From the NCBI GenBank assembly GCA_017958765.1, contig JAGDBY010000039.1, forward strand, positions 1-25,484: a stretch of DNA of 25,484 nucleotides, given 5' to 3'. The notes beneath the pieces were generated by a model. The model did not search any database. It was not told the DNA's origin and saw nothing but the letters and a program-made list of their open reading frames with translations. Positions 1 through 8,514 of this stretch are shown one piece after another; the stretch's first letter is position 1, and the number at the start of each line of letters is the position of its first letter. The position numbers were made by a program, and so were the translations under genes. Origin of the DNA: Bacteroidales bacterium (GTDB taxonomy: Bacteria; Bacteroidota; Bacteroidia; Bacteroidales; UBA932).

Positions 1-1316
1 CCTGATGAACCTCCAACATCGTTGAAAGGCTCTGAGTAGTCTTGACGTGATGCCATTACGCGGATATCACTGGTCAACCATTTAGCAAGCTTGGTATTGA
101 GGTTCAAAGTGAAGTTGTAACGGGCGTTCTTCTCAGGATTGTAGCGGTATACACCGTCTTTTGAGTTGTAACCCAAAGATGCCATCACTGATGAATTGTT
201 ACCAAGTTTACCTGACATACGCAAGCTGTAGTTTTGTGACAATGCTGCGTCTGCGTAAAGAACTTTCTTAGGATCCCATACACGGCCGAAATAAGTCTGT
301 GTACCGTAATCAGGAGTGGTAACTGTTACGAAGTCACGGCCGTAAACCATATTCAAATCCAGAGGATTGATCTGGCTTGCATATTTCTGCTTCCACTCTT
401 GTACTACAGGGAGGTTGATGTGATAGTAACGTCCCCATGACTCAGGAGCAGCTCCTGTCCAGTCTGGATAGTGTCTGTAGTTCTCGTAAGCTGATCTGAA
501 GAATTTCTCAGGGTCTGCTACTGTAGGCATGTCGCCCAACATTGCAAAACCGACTGATGCTGTGAAGTCGAATTTAAGTTGGTCCTCAGTACCTTTCTTG
601 GTGGTAATCAAGATAACACCGAATGCAGCACGTGATCCGTAGATTGATGCTGATGCAGCGTCTTTCAATACTGAAATAGACTCAACGTCATCAGGGTTAA
701 CCATTGAAAGTGATGATTGTACACCGTCAACCAATACCAGTGGAGATCCACCTGAAAGTGAACCGGTACCACGGATGTTCATTGTAGGCTCATCACCGAG
801 ACGTCCTGATGTATAGAGGACTGTCAAACCAGGAGTAGCACCTTGCAAACCTTGGTTGAGGTCTCTGATAGGACGGTCGTTAAGTATCTTGCTATCAACA
901 GCTGATACGGCTCCGGTCAAGTTTGCTTTGGTTTGAGTGCCAAAACCCACTACAACCACATCGTCCAAAAGAACTGTGTCCTCGTTGAGTGTTACATTGA
1001 TTCTTGTACGGCCGTTAACATCAAGAACTTGAGTTACATAACCGATAAAAGAAAATGCGATTTTTGAATTAGCAGGTACTGTCAATGTGTATCTACCATC
1101 AATGTCAGTAACTGTTCCATTCAAAGTTCCGTCTTGTACTACTGATGCTCCGATGATCGGCTCACCATTCACGTCAGCAACAACACCTGATACTGTTACA
1201 TTTTGAGGAGCAGCTCCTTGTGCAGGAACTGTTGCCATAAGTCCAAAAGATAACAATACGAAGCAGACTGCGAGTTTTAATACTCTTAGACTTTTTGTTT
1301 CGAATGTTTTAGTCAT
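1..1316 (-). CDS. SusC/RagA family TonB-dependent outer membrane transporter, 5' part only (runs off the left edge)
   Basis: Not in the ORF track because there is no stop in the window. I translated it by hand from ATG 1316 (MTKTFETKSLRVLKLAVCFVLLSFGLM...) and the frame is open to base 3. It has a signal peptide, a CarboxypepD_reg-like domain (GEPIIGASV, GTVTDIDGRY, FSFIGY), a TonB-box region (LDDVVVVGFGTQ) and the plug motif NPDDVESISVLKDAASASIYGSRAAFGVILITTKKG. Confidence 0.95.
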   Translation of the reverse strand, partial: MTKTFETKSLRVLKLAVCFVLLSFGLMATVPAQGAAPQNVTVSGVVADVNGEPIIGASVVQDGTLNGTVTDIDGRYTLTVPANSKIAFSFIGYVTQVLDVNGRTRINVTLNEDTVLLDDVVVVGFGTQTKANLTGAVSAVDSKILNDRPIRDLNQGLQGATPGLTVLYTSGRLGDEPTMNIRGTGSLSGGSPLVLVDGVQSSLSMVNPDDVESISVLKDAASASIYGSRAAFGVILITTKKGTEDQLKFDFTASVGFAMLGDMPTVADPEKFFRSAYENYRHYPDWTGAAPESWGRYYHINLPVVQEWKQKYASQINPLDLNMVYGRDFVTVTTPDYGTQTYFGRVWDPKKVLYADAALSQNYSLRMSGKLGNNSSVMASLGYNSKDGVYRYNPEKNARYNFTLNLNTKLAKWLTSDIRVMASRQDYSEPFNDVGGSS

Positions 1317-1541
1317 AATTAGTTAGATTAAAAATAATGATTACTTGTAATAATGCTTGCCGAGCAAGCTTTCGCTAATTAATAGCACGAAGAACCTGGT
1401 TCTCCGATACAATGGTTTTTTTAGGTGTTTTTAATTGGTTTTTGTTTTTAATGTTTAAATTATTAATTATTAGTATGTTATGTGTGTAATAAATAATCTT
1501 TTCCAAACGCCAATTTGCTTTGAGGGCAATATTAGCATTTA

Positions 1542-1549
1542 CAAATATA
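1542..1549 (-). promoter_or_regulatory. Candidate Bacteroidetes housekeeping promoter -7 element (TATATTTG) for susC
   Basis: Exact TAnnTTTG match on the minus strand in the AT-rich intergenic region, about 225 nt upstream of the susC ATG. No clear -33 TTTG at canonical spacing. Confidence 0.5.
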
Positions 1550-1573
1550 AAAAATATTTTAAACAATATGATA

Positions 1574-2443
1574 TTAATTGAAAAAAATTTGGCCTGGAGC
1601 GATCTTTTTCAGAAGACCCCGGAGAACCTTGCCCGGTCCCAGCTCTACGAAGCTGTTCGCACCGTCGGCGATCATATTCTGAACTGACAGACTCCATCTC
1701 ACCGGAGAATTCAGCTGCAGGAGAAGATTCTTCTTGATCTCAGCCTTGGATGTATGCGGGAGAGCGTCCACATTCTGATAGACAGGGCAGACCGGAGTAT
1801 AGAAAGAGACTTTCTCTATGGCATTTGCAAGATCCTTGGCGGCCAGTGACATCAACGGAGAATGAAACGCTCCGCCTACGCTCAAAGGGATGGCACCCCT
1901 CGCCCCCGCCGCAACCGCTGCTTCACAGGCTCTGGCTACCGCATCTTTCTCTCCCGAAACAACCAGCTGGCCCGGGCAGTTGTAGTTCGCCGGCACTACC
2001 ACCCCCTCGGTCTTCCTGCAGACATCCTCCACAGCGGCGTCATCCAGTCCTATAATCGCAGCCATAGTGCCGGGATTGGCATCACAGGCCTCCTGCATAG
2101 CCATAGCGCGTGCATAGACAAGCTTCAGGGCAGCCTCGAAAGAGAGGGCTCCGGCTGCTGCCAGAGCGGAGAATTCGCCCAGAGAATGGCCTGCGACCAT
2201 ATCGGGAGCGAATGAATCCAGACATTTAGCGGATATAACAGAGTGCAGGAACACTGCAGGCTGGGTGATTCTGGTGGCAACAAGGTCCTCGGGAGAACCT
2301 TCGAACATAACCTCCGTGATACGGTAACCTAAGACGGCATCGGCCTTCTCAAACAACTCTCTGGCAACGGGATTCGAATCGTAGAGATCCTTCCCCATTC
2401 CCGGAAACTGCGAGCCTTGGCCCGGAAAGATGTATGCCGTCAT
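1574..2443 (-). CDS. fabD: Malonyl-CoA:ACP transacylase
   Basis: N-terminal FPGQGSQ, catalytic GHSLGE, TQPA, ANYNCPGQLVVSG, GAFHSPLM and ELGPGKVL motifs. Confidence 0.97.
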   Translation of the reverse strand: MTAYIFPGQGSQFPGMGKDLYDSNPVARELFEKADAVLGYRITEVMFEGSPEDLVATRITQPAVFLHSVISAKCLDSFAPDMVAGHSLGEFSALAAAGALSFEAALKLVYARAMAMQEACDANPGTMAAIIGLDDAAVEDVCRKTEGVVVPANYNCPGQLVVSGEKDAVARACEAAVAAGARGAIPLSVGGAFHSPLMSLAAKDLANAIEKVSFYTPVCPVYQNVDALPHTSKAEIKKNLLLQLNSPVRWSLSVQNMIADGANSFVELGPGKVLRGLLKKIAPGQIFFN

Positions 2444-4763
2444 TCTCTGTATTTTTAAAAACTCTTAAAGTTACAAAAAAATGTGAAATGTTGTATTTTT
2501 GTGAAGAGTTATTCTGCGCTTGTAGTTTAATGGATAGAATAGAAGATTCCGGTTCTTCCGGTTGGGGTTCGATTCCCCACAAGCGTACATCTTCCTCCGC
2601 CATCATCTCAAGGAGATATTCATTCTGCATATCCTCTTCTTCCAGTGCCGGAATCACCTCCGTATTGATGTAATACTCAATATCTTCCATCAATGCAGCA
2701 TAGTCGGCGCGCGCCCTCTCCACTGAGTCTCGCCTTATCTTGTTGGCAGCAATCTCGTCATAGACGTCCGCCATATAGTAATCGAAATAATCGTTAGTGT
2801 GCGGGAAATTAGGTTTTCTGAGCAGAGAATATCGCTGCCGCTCGCTCTTGTTTATTTTTCCGGTGGTTATGGCCATCCTGGAGGCAGGTCTCTCATCCCC
2901 TCTCCAGTTAAACCCTTTCAGTCTCTGTCTCTCGAGGGAGAGACCGGCTACCGGATACGCGTCGCTGCTGGTCTGTTCGTAATATTTAAAACGCTGAGCG
3001 TCCCCGTCATTCATCGTCACCATCAGAGAGCGGGAGTCCTTAGAGTTCATTGTGGTGAGCGCATTCTCCTCCCTGAGATAAATCAGAGCGGTAACTCCGC
3101 CGAGGGCATCGAAACGGGAGAGTTCGTTGCCTGCGAAATGACCCATCATCTCGGTACTCTTGATCTGGTCGTAGTGATCGTCGTCCTCACGGCTGGTAAT
3201 CATGGCATTATTCTGCATATTACCCCGGTAGAGACCGTCTTGATTGACCACGAACAGCATCAGGTCTGATGTCAGCTGATTCTTGATATTCTCCCACAGA
3301 ATAGGGTTGCCGTTAAGTCTGGCTACCGAATCTACGTCACTGTAGAACAGAGAATCGCACTTGCCCTGGATTCTGTTTCTGTAAATCTTCACGTTGTAAT
3401 AGGCGTTGAAGAATGACAGGGAGGTGGAGTCGGTGTCAGAATAATAGAGCGACACATCAGGGCTTTCGGCTTTCTTGGCAGGTTTCTGCTCCTTGACAGT
3501 GACCAGAGCGTCTGCAGGCGGTTTCTTGCCGGTCAGCGTGTAAAGAGTGTCCGGTATAGGCTGTTCTGCCAGGGTCAGGCTGTCTATGGCTCTCTGTGCC
3601 GCGATTGAACGCCTTCTCATCATAGCCTGATATTCTGCACTCTTCTCCAAAGCGGCCTGCTTCTTGGTCTCATAATCCTGCTGGGCCTTGGACTCAGCCT
3701 CGCCTATTGCGTCGAAGAGAATGTCTTTTCTAAGCTCGCTCCCTTCGGTGAAGAGACTCTCGGGGAGCTCTCTCATCTGGCGGGTGTAGTAATAGAGCGT
3801 ATCCGCCGTCAGGAACAGAGAATCGGGCTCGTTGTTGCTGTCCCTGTTGCCGTAATAGATCAGGGCCGGACGCTGAGTCATCGTGGCGTCCATATCGTTG
3901 GTGAGGGTGTCTATCACCAAATGTGCGCTGTTGGAGAGCAGGATAGCCTTATGGAGAGTGTCCTGAACCTGGACGTTGGTATACATATCCATCGAGGCCT
4001 CCTGTCTGTAATAGTACAGCTGGTCGCACCACCCCTCATAGTCGGGGTTGTTCATATAGACATTCAGCCTGAAATACACCACGTCGCTGTTTCTGTCATA
4101 CCAGCCGTCGTCCGCCCGCATAAAATAATCTTCGTACCACAGCCTTGTATCCCTGCCGAAATGGACGCGGTTCTCGTTGGAGTTGTATCTGATCACGGTG
4201 GAACGGATAAAGAGGGTGTCCATAAAGACCTGAGTATCTCCGGAGAATGTAAAAGTGGAGGCCTTTGCATCGTATGTACCCGTATCTCCCTCAATTACAT
4301 TGCCGTCCCGGTCACGCATAGTTCCTCCGTTTCTGGATACGGCTACACTGTCTTTCGTATTGTAACTCAGGTTATTGGAACGGAACACGTTGCCGTCGGC
4401 ATCCGACAGCTGCACTACATCGCCCGTAAAGAGAGCCAGGTCCTTGTCGACCGTGTAGGTGAGGTGGTCGCTTGAAAGGACTGTCTGATCCTGAACCAGA
4501 CGGACATTGTAGAATGCGTCGATAATGTCTGTCTCAAGATTCCAGATGGCTGAGTCACAGTACATATAGGCTCCGTTGTGGAGAAAAACCGCAGGGCCTT
4601 TGATCATTCTGTACTGCACGTCATCCTTCTCGACAAGACGGGCATACTGAGCGCTCAGCAGACTGACCAGGCTATCATTGTCACTCCCCCCTTGAGCTCT
4701 GACCTCAAAACTGCCTAAGCACAGAAGGATAAAGAGAAATATGATAAAGCCTTTCTTGGGCAT
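2349..4763 (-). CDS. OstA/LptA-like beta-jellyroll envelope protein (LPS-transport related); 3' end unusually extended
   Basis: Signal peptide, GPAVFLHNGAYMYCDSA, IDAFYNVRLVQ and IYRNRIQGKCDSLFYS segments, typical of Bacteroidetes OstA-like proteins. It lies downstream of a SurA-like gene, as I recall for this family. The last ~80 codons run antisense through the tRNA and overlap fabD, so the true C-terminus is uncertain. Confidence 0.75.
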   Translation of the reverse strand: MPKKGFIIFLFILLCLGSFEVRAQGGSDNDSLVSLLSAQYARLVEKDDVQYRMIKGPAVFLHNGAYMYCDSAIWNLETDIIDAFYNVRLVQDQTVLSSDHLTYTVDKDLALFTGDVVQLSDADGNVFRSNNLSYNTKDSVAVSRNGGTMRDRDGNVIEGDTGTYDAKASTFTFSGDTQVFMDTLFIRSTVIRYNSNENRVHFGRDTRLWYEDYFMRADDGWYDRNSDVVYFRLNVYMNNPDYEGWCDQLYYYRQEASMDMYTNVQVQDTLHKAILLSNSAHLVIDTLTNDMDATMTQRPALIYYGNRDSNNEPDSLFLTADTLYYYTRQMRELPESLFTEGSELRKDILFDAIGEAESKAQQDYETKKQAALEKSAEYQAMMRRRSIAAQRAIDSLTLAEQPIPDTLYTLTGKKPPADALVTVKEQKPAKKAESPDVSLYYSDTDSTSLSFFNAYYNVKIYRNRIQGKCDSLFYSDVDSVARLNGNPILWENIKNQLTSDLMLFVVNQDGLYRGNMQNNAMITSREDDDHYDQIKSTEMMGHFAGNELSRFDALGGVTALIYLREENALTTMNSKDSRSLMVTMNDGDAQRFKYYEQTSSDAYPVAGLSLERQRLKGFNWRGDERPASRMAITTGKINKSERQRYSLLRKPNFPHTNDYFDYYMADVYDEIAANKIRRDSVERARADYAALMEDIEYYINTEVIPALEEEDMQNEYLLEMMAEEDVRLWGIEPQPEEPESSILSIKLQAQNNSSQKYNISHFFVTLRVFKNTENDGIHLSGPRLAVSGNGEGSLRFESRCQRVV
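2466..2501. promoter_or_regulatory. Divergent promoter pair fabD / tRNA-Arg
   Basis: TAACTTTA (one mismatch to TAnnTTTG) on the minus strand at 2466-2473, and TATTTTTG on the plus strand at 2494-2501, 14 nt before the tRNA. Confidence 0.55.
2516..2587 (+). tRNA. tRNA-Arg(CCG)
   Basis: Full cloverleaf: acceptor GCGCTTG/CAAGCGT (G1-U72 wobble), D arm GTTT-AATGGATA-GAAT, anticodon arm GAAGA-TT-CCG-GT-TCTTC, 4-nt variable loop, T arm TGGGG-TTCGATT-CCCCA, discriminator A. CCA is not encoded. Confidence 0.93.
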
Positions 4764-4784
4764 GACTGGTAAAGAGGAGGATTG

Positions 4785-6152
4785 TTAATGAATCCACCCT
4801 GAATACTGGAAGTTGCATCCAGAATACAGCGGATCCAGCTTGATGTATGTAGAGGCCGCATTCTCCTTGATGAAGGCCTCTATGGCCGCGTTTGCGTTTT
4901 TAGAATTCGCATCGTCGACCAGAAGGTTATAATCGGTGTCGTAGGAAGCGGTATGTGCGGGCACGATGCTGTCGACCTTTACAATCTTGTAAATGGTGTT
5001 ACCCCTGCCCTCATTGTCAAGAGACTCGAAAGGCTCTGAAATACCGCCCACTTCCAAATCTTTGATAGCGGTGTAATCGGTAGGCTTCAGCTGATCTTTC
5101 TCAAATACGGCAGAACCGGTCATCTCATCCACCATAACTCCGCCGTTGGTGCGGGTCTTCGGGTCCTGTGAGAACATCCAGGCAGCCGCCGGGAATGTAA
5201 CCAGGGCGCTGTCCACTATCATTGTACGTATGCTGTCAAGCTTTGCGAAAGCTTTGTTTCTGTCTTCACTCGTATATTTTGGCTTGATGAGAATATGGCG
5301 TGCGTTGAACATATCGCCGGACTTCTCGATCATCTGGATAATGTGGAAACCGTCGGGGGTTTCGACAACCTGGGATACCTGTCCCTCTTTGAGAGACATA
5401 GCTGCGTCGGCGAATGCCGGCCAATATACGGACCTTGCCATCATACCCAGTTCTCCTCCTTTGGCAGCGCTGCCCGGGTCTTCAGAATAGATACGGGCAA
5501 GCGAAGAGAATCTCTCTCCGTTGAGAATTCTCTCGCGCAGATCGAGCAGAGTCTCCTTGCAGGCTGTATTGGCCGCCTCCTTCTCAGGATAGAGGACAAT
5601 CTGACTCAGCCTGTACTGGGTAGGAACTATCGGGAGATCCTCCTGGGCGGTATTCTCCACATACTGTCTGATGGCATCGGGAGTCATCCTCGGAACATTC
5701 TGCACAACCTTCCTCTGCATCTGCTGGATAAGGAGCTGCTCCTCTATGGCCCTATACCACTCGTCACGGAGTTCGTAGATAGGTTTACCGAAATAATCCA
5801 GCACCTCCTGCTCGCCGCCGAGGGCCTGCATCGCCTGGATCATTCTGTTGTTGATATTCTCCTGAATCTCAGCGTCGGTAACGACCAGGGAGTCGCGCCT
5901 TGCCTGAGTAACAAACAGCTTGCTGATCATAAGATTCTCCAGGATTTCGCAACGGGCGTTGCGGTCTGCCACGTAACCGCTCATACGCATCATCTGGACC
6001 TCATCCTCGATGTCCGAAATAAAGATAGCGTCATTGCCGATAAGAGCAACGTTCTTGTCGATTAGTCCCTGTTCATACACCTGAGCCTTTCCGTAGAACG
6101 GAACAAGACACAGTGAGATGATATATACCGCTGAAAGAATCCTCTTAATCAT
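4785..6152 (-). CDS. SurA-like parvulin (PpiC-type) peptidyl-prolyl isomerase chaperone
   Basis: Signal peptide, SurA-N-like helical region, and rotamase motifs FSSLARIYSEDPGSAAKGGELG and VSQVVETPDGFHIIQ, plus a second parvulin-like domain (FSQDPKTRTNGG). Confidence 0.9.
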   Translation of the reverse strand: MIKRILSAVYIISLCLVPFYGKAQVYEQGLIDKNVALIGNDAIFISDIEDEVQMMRMSGYVADRNARCEILENLMISKLFVTQARRDSLVVTDAEIQENINNRMIQAMQALGGEQEVLDYFGKPIYELRDEWYRAIEEQLLIQQMQRKVVQNVPRMTPDAIRQYVENTAQEDLPIVPTQYRLSQIVLYPEKEAANTACKETLLDLRERILNGERFSSLARIYSEDPGSAAKGGELGMMARSVYWPAFADAAMSLKEGQVSQVVETPDGFHIIQMIEKSGDMFNARHILIKPKYTSEDRNKAFAKLDSIRTMIVDSALVTFPAAAWMFSQDPKTRTNGGVMVDEMTGSAVFEKDQLKPTDYTAIKDLEVGGISEPFESLDNEGRGNTIYKIVKVDSIVPAHTASYDTDYNLLVDDANSKNANAAIEAFIKENAASTYIKLDPLYSGCNFQYSGWIH

Positions 6153-7002
6153 TAGTGTAAATTTTGAGTTTGTTATTCTGATATGCCTCGTTGAGCAGAT
6201 CCTCCTTGAGAGTTTTCAAAAGATCCTGTTTTCTTTTGCTCAGAATGGCATCCTTTATTCTCTTGTCGTTATACTCTATCGGAGAGAGCTTACCCGGGGC
6301 GATAACCTCCTGGGCATAAACGAAATAAGTCTTCTCTCCTTCCTGATCTTCTTTAACGTAAAAGCCGCTTTTCAGAAGAGCCGCCTCACACAGCTCCGCT
6401 TCAAACGAGCAGTCTTTGGCTATCGTACTGGCCGCCACCCAATCGTTGCTGTATGTCTCGTACTTCTCCGCGTACGAACGGCAGGTGATCTCCAATTCTT
6501 CCTGAAGGTCCGGGTCCTTGGAGTTGAAATTCTTCTTGACCAGGTCGTAGTATGGAGAATGGGTGGAGATAGTTATCACTTTCACCCTGTAGAGGGCATA
6601 CGGATAGGTAAAGCTCTGAGTGTGGGTGTCAAAGTATTCCTGCTTCTCGGCTTCGGTGATAGTCGTGTCCAGATGGCTCTCGACGTAACTCTTCTCGAAT
6701 CTGAAATTGATAAGGCTTCTGGAATACTCCTCCACCTCTTCCTTGATATCCATCTCCTCTTTGGAGAGCTGCTCTTTGGCCTTCAGCTCCACAAGCTGAG
6801 CCAGAGCCCAACTGTCAATGTACTGCTGAACTTTGGCGGCGCTGTCTTCAGGAGAGATACCTTCGGGGAGAAGGGACACGACATCGTTATAATAGAGAAA
6901 CCTGGTGCCGATTCGTGCTATTATCTTGTCGGAAGGACGGATATACTGGCACGAAGATACCAGCGTCAGGGCAGCTATTATGAACAATACCGTGCGTTTC
7001 AT
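6145..7002 (-). CDS. Conserved Bacteroidetes lipoprotein, PPIase/SurA-associated
   Basis: Lipobox (LVSSC) and IIARIG...FLY start. It abuts the guaB stop (TAGATG) and overlaps the SurA-like gene by 8 nt. Catalytic parvulin motifs are not evident. Confidence 0.75.
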   Translation of the reverse strand: MKRTVLFIIAALTLVSSCQYIRPSDKIIARIGTRFLYYNDVVSLLPEGISPEDSAAKVQQYIDSWALAQLVELKAKEQLSKEEMDIKEEVEEYSRSLINFRFEKSYVESHLDTTITEAEKQEYFDTHTQSFTYPYALYRVKVITISTHSPYYDLVKKNFNSKDPDLQEELEITCRSYAEKYETYSNDWVAASTIAKDCSFEAELCEAALLKSGFYVKEDQEGEKTYFVYAQEVIAPGKLSPIEYNDKRIKDAILSKRKQDLLKTLKEDLLNEAYQNNKLKIYTND

Positions 7003-8475
7003 CTATCTAGAATAGTTCGGAGCTTCTCTTGTGATTGCAACATCGTGCGGGTGACTCTCGGCCATACCCGCAGCTGATATTTTTACAAATTTCGCACCAC
7101 GGAGCGATTCGATGTCTTTTGCGCCGCAATAACCCATACCTGCTTTAAGGCCTCCTACCAGCTGGTAGATAACCTCGGCAAGCTTTCCTTTGTACGGAAC
7201 CTGAGCCACAATGCCTTCCGGAACCAGTTTCTTGATATCCTCTTCCATATCCTGGAAGTAACGGTCCTTAGAGCCTTTCTGCATTGCCTCCAGAGAACCC
7301 ATACCTCTGTATGATTTGAATTTACGGCCGTTGAGAATAATCGCCTCGCCGGGAGCTTCCTCCACACCTGCAAACAGAGAGCCGGCCATAATAGAACTTG
7401 CGCCTGCTGCCAGAGCCTTGGTAATGTCGCCTGAATATCTGATACCGCCGTCTGCGATAACCGGAATGCCGGTACCTCTCAGGGCGTATGCAGAATCCAT
7501 AATGGCGGTCAGCTGAGGGACGCCGATACCTGCAATGATTCTCGTGGTGCAAATAGAACCCGGACCGATACCGACCTTGACTGCATCTACGCCGCACTCT
7601 TTAAGGGCGACTGCAGCTTCAGCGGTAGCGATGTTTCCGGCTACGATCTGGATAGAAGGGAATGCCTTTCTGATCTTCTTGATTGTCTCAAGCACAAATA
7701 CAGAATGGCCGTGAGCAGTATCGAGGACCACTGCGTCGGTGCCGACCGAAATAAGTCTCTCTACGCTCTCCAGACTGTGAGAATTGATACCTACTGCCGC
7801 TGCCACGAGGAGTCTTCCCTTAGAATCCTTCGATGCGGTAGGGTTGTTCTTTATCTTGGTTATGTCTTTGTAGGTGTACAATCCTACAATACGGAAATCT
7901 TTGTCAACTACAGGAAGTTTCTCTATCCTGTTGTTCTTCAGGACATTTGTAGCCCCTGCAATGTCTATTTTCTCATCAACGGTGATAAGATGCTCCTTGT
8001 GAGTCATTACGTCGGCAATCCTGGTCTTCATATTGTCCTGAAAACGCAGGTCCCTGTTGGTAACGATACCGACCAGGTGCTTGGTCTGGTCAACTACAGG
8101 AATGCCTCCGATATGATTCTCGGACATAAGCTTCAGAGCATCTCCGACAGTCTTGTCAGCCTGAATGGTGACAGGGTCGTAGATCATTCCGTTCTCAGCC
8201 CTCTTGACTTTGTGAACTTGCTCAACTTGCTTTTCAATTGGCATATTCTTGTGGATAACACCGATACCTCCCTCGCGGGCTATCGCGATGGCCATTTCAG
8301 CCTCGGTAACTGTATCCATAGCTGCGGAAACGATAGGGACGCTCAGAGAGATCTCTCTGGTAAACTTGGTGCTGACGTTTACTTCCCTCGGGATAACTTC
8401 ACTGCGAGCAGGGATAAGGAGGACATCATCGAATGTGAGCCCTTCCATAGCAATTTGATCTGTATAATGTTCCAT
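7003..8475 (-). CDS. guaB: Inosine-5'-monophosphate dehydrogenase
   Basis: [18 protein letters not shown], a CBS pair, catalytic [16 protein letters not shown] and YRGMGS motifs. Confidence 0.98.
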   Translation of the reverse strand: MEHYTDQIAMEGLTFDDVLLIPARSEVIPREVNVSTKFTREISLSVPIVSAAMDTVTEAEMAIAIAREGGIGVIHKNMPIEKQVEQVHKVKRAENGMIYDPVTIQADKTVGDALKLMSENHIGGIPVVDQTKHLVGIVTNRDLRFQDNMKTRIADVMTHKEHLITVDEKIDIAGATNVLKNNRIEKLPVVDKDFRIVGLYTYKDITKIKNNPTASKDSKGRLLVAAAVGINSHSLESVERLISVGTDAVVLDTAHGHSVFVLETIKKIRKAFPSIQIVAGNIATAEAAVALKECGVDAVKVGIGPGSICTTRIIAGIGVPQLTAIMDSAYALRGTGIPVIADGGIRYSGDITKALAAGASSIMAGSLFAGVEEAPGEAIILNGRKFKSYRGMGSLEAMQKGSKDRYFQDMEEDIKKLVPEGIVAQVPYKGKLAEVIYQLVGGLKAGMGYCGAKDIESLRGAKFVKISAAGMAESHPHDVAITREAPNYSR

Positions 8476-8497
8476 AACCGTAATGAGATAAATATGG

Positions 8498-8505
8498 CAA
8501 ATATA
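8498..8505 (-). promoter_or_regulatory. -7 promoter element for the guaB operon
   Basis: TATATTTG on the minus strand, 22 nt upstream of the guaB ATG. Confidence 0.6.
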
Positions 8506-8514
8506 CTAAAAAAT

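Noticed and set aside
1375-1566. 63-aa ORF upstream of susC (possible leader peptide)
   Set aside because: It has a TTG start upstream of the candidate -7 box and a low-complexity Asn/Lys/Ile composition expected from AT-rich DNA.
2516-2620. tRNA-Arg as an integration site for a mobile element
   Set aside because: I saw no duplicated tRNA 3' end, integrase or foreign genes in the window, and the flanks are core genes.
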